DNA from: an uncultured Bordetella sp.
Lineage (GTDB): Bacteria > Pseudomonadota > Gammaproteobacteria > Burkholderiales > SG8-39
Direction: 5' to 3'
Length of the DNA: 64,000 nucleotides
NCBI GenBank assembly: GCA_964564865.1
Contig: CAZMDA010000004.1
Location: 7,895-71,894 of the forward strand
Part shown: positions 40,701 to 48,615 of the stretch, one piece after another
Layout: each line of letters starts with the position of its first letter
Position numbering within the stretch: the stretch's first letter is position 1
Translations under genes and position numbers: made by a program
Notes under the pieces: model-generated
Told to the model about the DNA's origin: nothing
Seen by the model: the letters and a program-made list of their open reading frames with translations, nothing else
Databases searched by the model: none

Positions 40701-40833
40701 GCCGTGACGCCAAGTCTTTCAAAATGGACTGAGCTGTGCATTGTTGCCGCGCACCGTCCTCGGCGTCGATCTTCTGTGTGCCGATGCCCTGCATGCGGAT
40801 GATGTCGGCGGCAAACGGCCATTCATTCGGCAT
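37783..40833 (-). CDS. SNF2-family DEAD/DEAH-box ATPase/helicase
   Basis: Motifs LADEVGMGKTYVA (I), VLDEAHHAKN (II), LTATPFQLG (III), SSAVLGEGVDLH (V), NPSTLEQRTGRLDRI (VI). Start set to ATG 40833, an 11-nt overlap with the PLD gene stop. ORF-track start 40965 adds 44 Arg-rich residues inside the PLD gene. Confidence 0.85.
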   Translation of the reverse strand: MPNEWPFAADIIRMQGIGTQKIDAEDGARQQCTAQSILKDLASRPGVVLADEVGMGKTYVALAVIASVVLANRSSGRPVVVMMPPGLASKWPREWDQFKAICVRPDALGWVRDIYVHAPTDFFKVLDDPRNRRPHIVWMTTACFDRGLSDPWTKLALVRLARSRTRMDDETKKRLYKWATTLVRLKRKRYLTPEIVENLLQSDLGKWHSILIREQIIEEDDDDPIPQHLLQHQRAIDWTPLIAVLRGEAIPGRRGMVSDRRLQEARWDFNAACQQVYWDWLSRVQWRAPLFVLDEAHHAKNDNTRLASLLRSDETQLLMEGRLETGKPLLWEKFDRMLFLTATPFQLGHHELIRVLRSFAAAKWSGKNAPDSSREDFLQSIDDLEKRLNENRLAARRLDRLWGRAAREAVSRHSSGEDLGQAAARWWKAVQAVPSEDPLDRELLAAINECRVTKARAERDAARPWNSLRTWVIRHNRPAFLPASSSSPAVSRRLLCPGRAVVDDDAETSGESGVAVATIGLSIGGGASLPFLLAARAQGELAQGSSKGRAFFAEGLCSSYEAFHHTRDGRGDIRDVDDEGIERSAKAEEAERDSSLVPISWYEEQVGALIPSKSAHENERYGHPKIQAVVRRAVSLWSAGEKVLLFCFYRETARSLRDHIGREIEKATLALAARKLGLDPERNAGRLRDLFERVARRLADEDSPFHRTLTAMLHKPLEADEFAVLRPRAEELTGLLAGYVRSPSFIARYIPFDIAEVRDALVDGSTQARVARAGAAALARALAERADASSMTMGARIEEFLRFAKELAERGVTPPAEDGGEARDPLTEYLEAVAVYVSPRRMALDDDDAVRAATSEGSYRVLQPVRMVFGDTKRDVRERLMLTFNSPMFPEILISSAVLGEGVDLHRFCRYVIHHDLCWNPSTLEQRTGRLDRIRCKAEIARRPIVVYEPYLGGSADEKMFRVVQDRERWFQIVMGQKFEFDEATSEALANRVPLPPELANELVFDLRRFRRMEMP

Positions 40834-43015
40834 GGCTGCGCTCGCTGTGAGGTGCGCCGAGGAGTTGCGCCTGTTTGCGCCGGACGGCCTGCAGATATTC
40901 CGCAAGATTCGCGGGAGGTGCAGAGCGCGCCGAGATTTCCGCGCACATCTGATCGATGTCCTCAATCACTTCTCGAAACGGAACCTGCATTGGCCCAGCT
41001 GCGATCCTGCGCGCCACATGCGCAAGGGTAAGTTTGATCTCGGCCAGACTGAAGATCGCGATTGCGGCGTCTTGGCTGTTGTCCGCATTCTGTTGGGTCT
41101 TATCGCGCCACTCCCGAATCAGTGCCTCCGCCAGCATTCGGGGGCCAAGCGGATCCTGTTTAAGTCTGTACGCCAACGCATCCCGAGTCCGCACCGTGCG
41201 CAGCACACGATTGCCCAATGCGGTAAGAGCCGTTCCGAGGCGACGCGTGCGATAGAGAACGTAGCTGCTCGTGTCGATGGCTCGCAGGGAATCAAAATCT
41301 CGGGCGCTGGACTGCGCTCCGCCTGAAGCTTCCCGGCGCTCCATCGCCTCGACCCACTCGGCCGGGTCGCGACCCGACAGAAGGCAATCGAGGATTCCGT
41401 CGGCCGTAAGGGAACGAAACTCTTCAGGCGGAAGCAGGTCGTCTCCGCTCTCGATGTGAACCGGCAGGATGGCGCTGTACAGAGTGCCGTCTTCCCCTTG
41501 CCACGTGAGGCGCAGACCTGCGACGTTGGCCCCGCGGAGCGAAATAGGCAGGAATAGGATGATGTTTGCATTGGGTGGTGGCCAAGGCTCGTACGAATGA
41601 TCAGCGAGGGGCGGTGCGGCCTCCGCTCGTTCGCCCGGCCAGCGTAGCGCCCACTGAGCGGGAAACCTAGCCGACAGGTCCACCACAACCTTCAGAACGG
41701 CGGTTCGCTGGTTGTACACGGCCCACAAGAAGGCGGCGGGAAGCGGGCGATCCGAAGCAGGTTGCTCGTCCTCGATCACTTCAGCGGTGTCGGGCCATAT
41801 TGGGTTTGTGCATTGATCTTCTTCCCAGTCGACCGGCAGTCGATTTTCCAGCGACCGGCCGTTTCTCGCGCTCCTGGTGTCGTCGATATAGCAAAGGTTC
41901 GCCTCAAGATTCGCCCTATGGACACCCATGCCGTGCAGACTGAAATTGCTGGATCCGCACAGAAGAAGGGTTGTGCCGTCCCCGCTGACAAGGACACCCT
42001 TGGCGTGAAGATCGCGATTGGTTTTTTCTCCCGGGCGGCACAGAGGGACTACGTAGGTGGAAACGTCAGGCGGATCAACGCGCCAGGCCAATGCCCATGC
42101 TTGGCAAAATCTCTTCGGAAGCGCCACAACCAAGCGATTCGATTCTGCCTCGCTCGGTCGGCCGGGCACAACGAGATATCCGACCGCCTCACGAACCCTA
42201 GGAATGTCCATCAATCTTTCGACGACCGGATCAGCGGTCCCATCGATATCCCCTACGAACGGTGTCATGACCGTGATTTCGGAGGCCCTTCTGGTTCCCC
42301 ACAGTTCGATCAGCCGTCCAAGCGGGGACTGGGCGACGCCGCCGGTGCGCCGTGGCATGCCTCCGACAAAAATGACTCGCGGGCGCTCCCGCGGTGCGAA
42401 GTCCACCGGCATCTGTCTCCAGGAGCGCAGGCGGACTCGTGCGTTGTCGAGTGTTTCGTCCCATCGAGACTTCGCCCCCTCGGAAACACGTATGAAAGGA
42501 CTCAGATCTTTGAGGAAGTCCAGTGCATCAAGCATCACTTTGCGGGGCGCGGAGTTCTCATGATCGAAGAAGTCGATCACCCCAGCAATTTCGCGGTTTC
42601 GGCGATAACCCGATCGCGTTAGGTTGGCGGAAGAAACGATTAGGCGGGCGTAGTTCTCCCAGAACAAAAGAACAACCTTCGAATGCTGCGCCCCTCCCGG
42701 CACTCGAACTGGCAATTGGTCCCATCTGAGGGTCGTTTGCGAAGGGTCCAGGTGGTCCGCATCTACCAGAACACCGACCCGCGCGGTAGCAAGAGCTTGC
42801 TCGCGCTCAACCACAAAGGGGCGAACGCCCTCGGTCTCGTCGAATTTCAACCCCAGAAAGCGCGGCAGCAGTTCCGATTCCAGGAACGATGCGTGAAAGG
42901 TGTACGTCGACGCGATACAAATCAGTGGACGGCCGATATCTCCTCCGGCTGATGCCGCCGGCGCAGTCCAACTCTCGGCGAGCGCCCTCGCGGCGTCGCT
43001 CTTAGATCTCGCCAT
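40823..43015 (-). CDS. PLD-superfamily (two HKD-like motifs) nuclease-like protein with a long uncharacterised C-terminal half
   Basis: 730 aa. QHSKVVLLFWENYARLIVSSANLT (about residues 110-135) and LHAKGVLVSGDGTTLLLCGSSNFS (about residues 336-358). The last ~370 aa have no motif I recognise. 14-nt overlap with the upstream gene. Confidence 0.85.
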   Translation of the reverse strand: MARSKSDAARALAESWTAPAASAGGDIGRPLICIASTYTFHASFLESELLPRFLGLKFDETEGVRPFVVEREQALATARVGVLVDADHLDPSQTTLRWDQLPVRVPGGAQHSKVVLLFWENYARLIVSSANLTRSGYRRNREIAGVIDFFDHENSAPRKVMLDALDFLKDLSPFIRVSEGAKSRWDETLDNARVRLRSWRQMPVDFAPRERPRVIFVGGMPRRTGGVAQSPLGRLIELWGTRRASEITVMTPFVGDIDGTADPVVERLMDIPRVREAVGYLVVPGRPSEAESNRLVVALPKRFCQAWALAWRVDPPDVSTYVVPLCRPGEKTNRDLHAKGVLVSGDGTTLLLCGSSNFSLHGMGVHRANLEANLCYIDDTRSARNGRSLENRLPVDWEEDQCTNPIWPDTAEVIEDEQPASDRPLPAAFLWAVYNQRTAVLKVVVDLSARFPAQWALRWPGERAEAAPPLADHSYEPWPPPNANIILFLPISLRGANVAGLRLTWQGEDGTLYSAILPVHIESGDDLLPPEEFRSLTADGILDCLLSGRDPAEWVEAMERREASGGAQSSARDFDSLRAIDTSSYVLYRTRRLGTALTALGNRVLRTVRTRDALAYRLKQDPLGPRMLAEALIREWRDKTQQNADNSQDAAIAIFSLAEIKLTLAHVARRIAAGPMQVPFREVIEDIDQMCAEISARSAPPANLAEYLQAVRRKQAQLLGAPHSERSHAE

Positions 43016-44435
43016 GTCGATTGCCCACAGATACTTGCTTCAAATCTCCGAGCAGAGAGTAAACATTGGCGATCTTGAACGGATGCAGGTATGCGCCTTG
43101 CCACGCGGGGGGAGACTCTCCGTCAACGCGATGCTCTCCGGGCATAAGAGTCCACGAGGACTCGCATTCGATCCAAGGCGCTTTGCGCTTGTCCTTTTGG
43201 ACGCGCTCATGACGGCGGAGAACCGTATCCGTCAGTGCCTGAAGGGACGCGATCGCGCTTGATGCGTCGTCACGTGCCTGCCGCAGCGGCTCGACCACTT
43301 GCGGCGCGCTCACTGACGGTTGCCTCGCAAGAACTTCAGCCGTGCGATCGAGGATAGGAACGGCTTTTTGAAGCTCAACGCGAGTCTTTTCGAGATGTTT
43401 GCGGAGCCGCGCGTCGCCCATGACGTCGGCCGGACGAGCGCGCCCGCCCCGCAACTTCAGCGCCCAGATCAGGCTATCGAATACCTGCTGAAGCAGACCA
43501 GCTGTCTGCTCATAGGCGTCAGCTGCCGCTATTGCAGCCCCGATCAGGCGATCAATCGGACTGTCGTCAAGCTCAGGCTGTATGCCCCGCAGCATTACGG
43601 ACCGCTCTACCGCGCCACGGTCGCCATATGCGTCCCAAGACGTGCGATATATCTCGGCCCGGAGCTTCAGCAGTTGCACCATACGCTGCCGAGTAGGCGA
43701 CGAGCAAAGAATCTGGAACAGAACGCGGCGCTCCATCGGCCCGATCCGGTCCGGCCGAATGTGCGTCGCGAGTTGTTCCCACACGGAATGACCGGGTCCA
43801 GGCCATTCACGATGTCCCATGTAGGCGGATGTGCGCTTGACGACGTCCGACATCCATCTGGCACCCGGGCGCGAAGCTATACCGTCCTCGTCGAGCACGC
43901 CCGCGAGCCCCTCGTCCGCTGACCACGCGATCAGCAGGGCGACTGCATTTCGACCCATGCGGCCGTCGTCGTCTATCAGTTCCATCTGCCGAGCGAGTCG
44001 CGCGATTACGCCGAACGGTCCGTTAACTGCCTGTCCTTTTAGAAAATTTGCCGCTGTGAGAGGTTCGGCGGCAAGGTGCGCTGCCCTGGCGAGGTCGCGA
44101 CCTGGGAGTCCACGCGGTGCGCTGGCAAATTGGGCATCCCTCTCCGCGGTGCGAACCACGGCTGAAACAAACAGTCGCTCGAATGCCAACCGCGCTTCAA
44201 GATGAAGATCGTCACGATTGTTCATCAGGGTCGTAGTACGCTCCGCAATGGCTGCGGTCACCGCTGCAAGCGTAAGCAAGCGCGCGCGCCACATGCGAAC
44301 GGTCATCCCCGGGAGAAGAATCTCCGCCAAGCGTTCAGCCGGCAGCAGCGTACCCAAGGGATCGAGACTGCCGGGAGGATCCTCTGCAGGATCGAGCGGC
44401 GTGGCTACTGGAAGGCAATCAGCGCTCAGTGGCAT
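43002..44435 (-). CDS. hypothetical protein, 477 aa, no recognisable domain
   Basis: In-frame ATG 44435 preceded by GAGGG at SD distance, 26 nt after the upstream stop. ORF-track start 44756 would overlap the upstream gene by about 295 nt. The composition looks like a real protein rather than a shadow ORF. Confidence 0.6.
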   Translation of the reverse strand: MPLSADCLPVATPLDPAEDPPGSLDPLGTLLPAERLAEILLPGMTVRMWRARLLTLAAVTAAIAERTTTLMNNRDDLHLEARLAFERLFVSAVVRTAERDAQFASAPRGLPGRDLARAAHLAAEPLTAANFLKGQAVNGPFGVIARLARQMELIDDDGRMGRNAVALLIAWSADEGLAGVLDEDGIASRPGARWMSDVVKRTSAYMGHREWPGPGHSVWEQLATHIRPDRIGPMERRVLFQILCSSPTRQRMVQLLKLRAEIYRTSWDAYGDRGAVERSVMLRGIQPELDDSPIDRLIGAAIAAADAYEQTAGLLQQVFDSLIWALKLRGGRARPADVMGDARLRKHLEKTRVELQKAVPILDRTAEVLARQPSVSAPQVVEPLRQARDDASSAIASLQALTDTVLRRHERVQKDKRKAPWIECESSWTLMPGEHRVDGESPPAWQGAYLHPFKIANVYSLLGDLKQVSVGNRHGEI

Positions 44436-44461
44436 CGGACCCTCACTGAATAGCCTGCCAC

Positions 44462-45394
44462 CTAGGAAACAAGAGTCCGGTTGCAGCAAAACTGGTGAAA
44501 CCAGTCGGGCGCACTGGACATGTGACTGAGAAGCCTCGACCAGGCGATCTTCATGAACTTGGAATGGCCATCGACGTCCAGCGCTGCCGCGAACCGATCC
44601 AGGCGCGCCCGCTCTGCGCCAAGAAAAAGCCTTGCTGGACCCAAATTGACCAAGGTCGCGTGTCTGCCGTCGGCCAAGCCCTTCAGGAGACACCAGTTGC
44701 GTGCCAGCTCGTAACACCCCGACGCCTTTACGTCCTCGATGCGCCATGCCAGCCAAGGCGCCTCTTCATATCGCGACCAGCCGGGATAGTCAGGAGCCTT
44801 CAGGTCATTCCCGCTCAGGTGCTTAACCTCGATGAACACCAGCCCGTGCGGTCCGAGATCAACGATTACGTCCGGCTCGGAAAAGGAATTCGGATCCTCG
44901 CGAAGATGGAGGCATAGATCGCTCAAGTGTTTTCGGATCTTGGCGCCACGGGTGCCGCCGTCGATTGGAGTCCCCCACAAGAGAAGCGTTGCTTCGGTCG
45001 CCTCGATCGGCTCGGGAATGATCTGAGCGCGCCGCAGGGATTCGATTAACAGTCCGGAACGCTGCAAGTACGCAAAAACCACCCAGGTCACAGCGTCCTC
45101 GGAAGTGGAAAAGCCGAAGCGCCGCAACTTCGAGGGACGATTACGCACGTTCAGAGCCTGCGCCAAGGCTTCGCTCGCACCTGCCCGGCTCTCGGATGGG
45201 ATATTTCCAAGAGGATCACGATATATGTACGTCACCGCCTCTGGATCCGCCGCATTGGAAGCCCCAACGCCGCATGCATCGCATTTCCGCAGACAGTCAT
45301 CAAACTGCGTGGCCGTTGGGGAAAGGCCGGCGTAATCCACTGATGGGATCGGCCCGCGACAGTTTGGGCAGATTAATGATTGCAACTGAGGCAT
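44462..45394 (-). CDS. zinc-ribbon + PD-(D/E)XK-type nuclease-like protein
   Basis: 310 aa. N-terminal CPNC...CDAC ribbon, and SEPDVIVDLGPHGLVFIEVKH (D-x(n)-E-x-K core) preceded by STSEDAVTWVVF. Confidence 0.65.
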   Translation of the reverse strand: MPQLQSLICPNCRGPIPSVDYAGLSPTATQFDDCLRKCDACGVGASNAADPEAVTYIYRDPLGNIPSESRAGASEALAQALNVRNRPSKLRRFGFSTSEDAVTWVVFAYLQRSGLLIESLRRAQIIPEPIEATEATLLLWGTPIDGGTRGAKIRKHLSDLCLHLREDPNSFSEPDVIVDLGPHGLVFIEVKHLSGNDLKAPDYPGWSRYEEAPWLAWRIEDVKASGCYELARNWCLLKGLADGRHATLVNLGPARLFLGAERARLDRFAAALDVDGHSKFMKIAWSRLLSHMSSAPDWFHQFCCNRTLVS

Positions 45395-45468
45395 CGCATT
45401 TCCACTTGTTTGAGCTTACTGAGGTACATCACTTCAAGGGCAAGCACGATTCGTGAGTCGCCTTTTCA

Positions 45469-48400
45469 CTAGTTATCGATGGCAATTCGCATCGCTCCTG
45501 CTGCCACCGGCAGGACCAGCCAGCTCTCGGCAACGGGACGCCGGGTGGCACGCGTTAGTGCATCGGCGTAGATTGACAGCTGACCACCGTTTTCTGCGGC
45601 AACCTGATCCCATCGGTCTCGCGGGGCCGGGTTCGCCTTGTGATCGAGAAGCACCCATCCCTCCTGTGTTTCCAGAAGCAGATCGATGCGCCCGTGCATG
45701 ACTTGACCGCTGGGGAGTATTGACTCGATGGGAACCTCCGCGTGGCGGCGGCAGTCTCGCCAACGCGACGAGATCCACGCCTCCAACGCATGAACCTGCC
45801 CGATCAGGGCGGACGGTTCGACTGCCCCGTTGAGGCCGAAACCATCGAGAATGCGTTTGACCCGAGGTTCGTCAAGGGTCACGCCCGGATCAGTGAACGC
45901 GGTTGCGATGCACGCATGAATTGCATTGCCGAGGGCGGTCATGTCGATTCCGGCCTTCAGTGCGACCCGACTTCCGATCGACGCTGACTCTGTCACCTTG
46001 AACGGTCGAGCGGCCGAAGCCGAAGCGATGAGGGTCGCGGGCAGTCGCTCGGTGCGTGATCCGGCAGCGGGGAACCAACGAAGCGGCGCATCCGGCTCGA
46101 CCAAGGCAGACGGCTGCGCCGGCGCCTGAAAACTTCGAAAGTCGCAGTTAACCTGAGTCCCATCAGGCAGGGAAACCGAGTCGCCCGCGACGTCCGGTGC
46201 GAGCCATGGCGCATTCAGGGATCCCAGCCATTCGCAGGCGCCCTTCTTCGATGGAAACGCCAGCACGAGGCTGTCCCGCGCCCGTGTCATGCTCACGTAG
46301 AGGAGCCGCTTCGCTTCGTCGATTGCCTCCGCGCGCAGGCGAACCCCCTCGGGCGACTGGGCGATGGTGTCGGCGATGTCAACTTTCTTCTGCGCGCCGA
46401 ACGGCCATGGCCAGTACCGGATCCAGCGATCCTTGAGCGGCGCGGCGACGTCAAAGCCCGCATCGGAACGCGCACCGACCGACCAGAGCCTGTCCTGGAT
46501 GTCCTTCTCCAGGTCGAGCAGGATGACGACGGGCCACTCCAGGCCCTTCGCCGCGTGGTGCGTCATGATCTTGACCGCGTCGACGGGCGGTTCGGCGAGC
46601 ATGTCGAGTCCCGCGCTCGCCTGCTCGCCAAGCCACAGAATGAGTCCCGAAACCGTCGCCGGATCGCGTCGGGCGAGGCACGCGTCCTCGTAGGTTTTTG
46701 CGAGGCCGAGGAGCGCCTGAAGGTTGGCGAGACGTACCCGCGCGACGAGTTCATTGCGCCGCCAACGCAGCACGCGTCCGGCGAGGTCGCATTGGGCGAT
46801 GACGAGTTCCATTGCGGCATGTGGCGAGAGCAGCGGCGCCTGCTCTCGGAGCCTCGCAATTCGAGAGAGCAGCGGGTGCCCGTCCTCAGTGCCGTCGCGC
46901 CACTGGCCGCTGTCGCCGCCCGCTTCAAGGTAGCGCAGGCGATCCGAAAGCCAGGACTCCGGTTCCTCGCAGTCGGCCAGCGAGATGATTTCCGCACTCG
47001 CCAATGTGTCGCGCGGGTCGTTCAATCGTCGCAGGCACGCGAGCGCGAGGACGGCCTCGGGTGTGGCGAGCAGGCCGGACTGCTGCGTGGCCCAGGGCAC
47101 GGAGCCGAGGCGAAGGGCTTCTGCCACGGTCTGCACGCCCGCATTGGTCTTGCAGAGCACCGCGATGTCGCCGAAGTGTGCTGGTCGCGGGGCGCCCGTT
47201 GACGGATCGACGACACGGTAGCCCGAGGCGATCAGCGCCTTGATCCCTTCGGCGAGTGCCGCCGCCCTCTCCGTCACGTTCTTGCCGATGAGAACCCAGT
47301 TGGCGAGGGCCGCGTCCTGGATCTGTTCCTTGCGCACGGCTGCCAGTTCAACATCTTCGCGCGAGAGCCCGGGCGCAAAGGCATCGCCGAAGGCGCCGTT
47401 AACCAAGCGCACCAGGTCCGGCCGAGACCGTCGCGACTTCCCGAGTACTTCCTTGGCGCCGCCCATGCGGGGCAGTTCGCCTAGTACCGCCTTCATGAGT
47501 TCGGCATCGCTGCCCCGGAATCCGTAGATCGCCTGTTTCACGTCGCCAACCCACACGCTCTCGCGCGCGATGCGCGACAGCCGGACGAAAAGTTCGAGCT
47601 GGATGGGGCTCGTGTCCTGGAACTCGTCCACCAGCAGCAAATCGAGCTCCTCGGAGAGCGCCTCGACGACTGTGGATTTCTCCAGCAGCCCGAGAAAGAG
47701 GTGCTCCTGGTCCACAAAGTCGATGACGCCCAGTTCGCGTTTTCTGTGTGCGTAGGCATCCAGTGCCCTCGCCGCTAGTGCGAAGATCGCGGCAAGGTAG
47801 CGCTCGATGTCCTGCCGCAGCCGCGGGTGCGCGGCGAAGCGACCGGCGATGTCCGTCACAGGCTGCGCAACAGCCTTCAAGCCCGCTTCGGGGGCGGCCT
47901 TTGAAAGCTTGACCCAGTCGGCCCAGGATGCGGTGCCGGCCTGTACCACCCGCAGCGTTTCGCGCGCGAGCCCGACATATTCGGCGGTGTTCTTCTTGCC
48001 AGTGGCGCGCTTCTCGATCTCGGCAACGGCGGCCTCGATCGCGGTCGCGAGCGTCGCGTCGAGGTCATCCGTCGCTGGCGGTGGAAAGTGGGCGAGAAGG
48101 TCCCGCGCGTTGCGTTCGCCGAACGTGGCCAGACGCGCAGGAGCGATGTCGTTCGCGCGCGCCTGATCGATGAGCGACTTGAGCGCGCCTTCCCAGCTCT
48201 CGACGCCGAGCCGACGCGCCAGTTCGACCAGTTGCTGGACCGTGGCGCTGTCGGAGACCGTGTCGATCGCCTCCCTCACGAGCGCGCCGGACTGCGCCTC
48301 CTCCAGCACGCGCTGCTCAGGAGCCAGTCCTGCCTCGAAAGCAAAGCGCTCGAGAAATCCCCCACAGACGCTGTTCACCGTCCCGATACGCGCCTGGCCC

Positions 48401-48612
48401 ATCGAATTGGCCAGCGCGAATTCGCCCTTCTCGAGTAGCGCCGTGCGAACCCGCTCGCGAAGCTCGGTCGCGGCCTTGCGTGTGAAGGTCGTCGCGATCA
48501 CCCCGGCCGGTCGAGCCTCCCCAGAGCTGAGCTTCTCGTAGAGGATCTGCGTGAGGCGATAGGTCTTCCCGCTCCCCGCCCCCGCGCTGACGAACCTGAG
48601 CGTGCCGGCCAT
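45469..48612 (-). CDS. UvrD/AddA-like SF1 helicase with C-terminal RecB-family nuclease domain
   Basis: 1047 aa. SAGAGSGKTY (Walker A), LLVDEFQDTSP (motif II), TAAKGLEWPVVIL-type block (HHAAKGLEWPVVILLD), LLYVSMTRARDSL (VI), and C-terminal GRIDLLLE...WVLLDHK...QLSIYA nuclease motifs. Confidence 0.88.
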   Translation of the reverse strand: MAGTLRFVSAGAGSGKTYRLTQILYEKLSSGEARPAGVIATTFTRKAATELRERVRTALLEKGEFALANSMGQARIGTVNSVCGGFLERFAFEAGLAPEQRVLEEAQSGALVREAIDTVSDSATVQQLVELARRLGVESWEGALKSLIDQARANDIAPARLATFGERNARDLLAHFPPPATDDLDATLATAIEAAVAEIEKRATGKKNTAEYVGLARETLRVVQAGTASWADWVKLSKAAPEAGLKAVAQPVTDIAGRFAAHPRLRQDIERYLAAIFALAARALDAYAHRKRELGVIDFVDQEHLFLGLLEKSTVVEALSEELDLLLVDEFQDTSPIQLELFVRLSRIARESVWVGDVKQAIYGFRGSDAELMKAVLGELPRMGGAKEVLGKSRRSRPDLVRLVNGAFGDAFAPGLSREDVELAAVRKEQIQDAALANWVLIGKNVTERAAALAEGIKALIASGYRVVDPSTGAPRPAHFGDIAVLCKTNAGVQTVAEALRLGSVPWATQQSGLLATPEAVLALACLRRLNDPRDTLASAEIISLADCEEPESWLSDRLRYLEAGGDSGQWRDGTEDGHPLLSRIARLREQAPLLSPHAAMELVIAQCDLAGRVLRWRRNELVARVRLANLQALLGLAKTYEDACLARRDPATVSGLILWLGEQASAGLDMLAEPPVDAVKIMTHHAAKGLEWPVVILLDLEKDIQDRLWSVGARSDAGFDVAAPLKDRWIRYWPWPFGAQKKVDIADTIAQSPEGVRLRAEAIDEAKRLLYVSMTRARDSLVLAFPSKKGACEWLGSLNAPWLAPDVAGDSVSLPDGTQVNCDFRSFQAPAQPSALVEPDAPLRWFPAAGSRTERLPATLIASASAARPFKVTESASIGSRVALKAGIDMTALGNAIHACIATAFTDPGVTLDEPRVKRILDGFGLNGAVEPSALIGQVHALEAWISSRWRDCRRHAEVPIESILPSGQVMHGRIDLLLETQEGWVLLDHKANPAPRDRWDQVAAENGGQLSIYADALTRATRRPVAESWLVLPVAAGAMRIAIDN

Positions 48613-48615
48613 CGG

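Noticed and set aside
37783-45394. Calling the PLD + SNF2 operon DISARM or a dpd restriction module.
   Set aside because: No DrmA-type helicase, DUF1998 protein or methyltransferase is present, and no DpdA/B/C-like gene is present in the window. The resemblance is limited to two domain families, so it is reported as an unclassified candidate instead.
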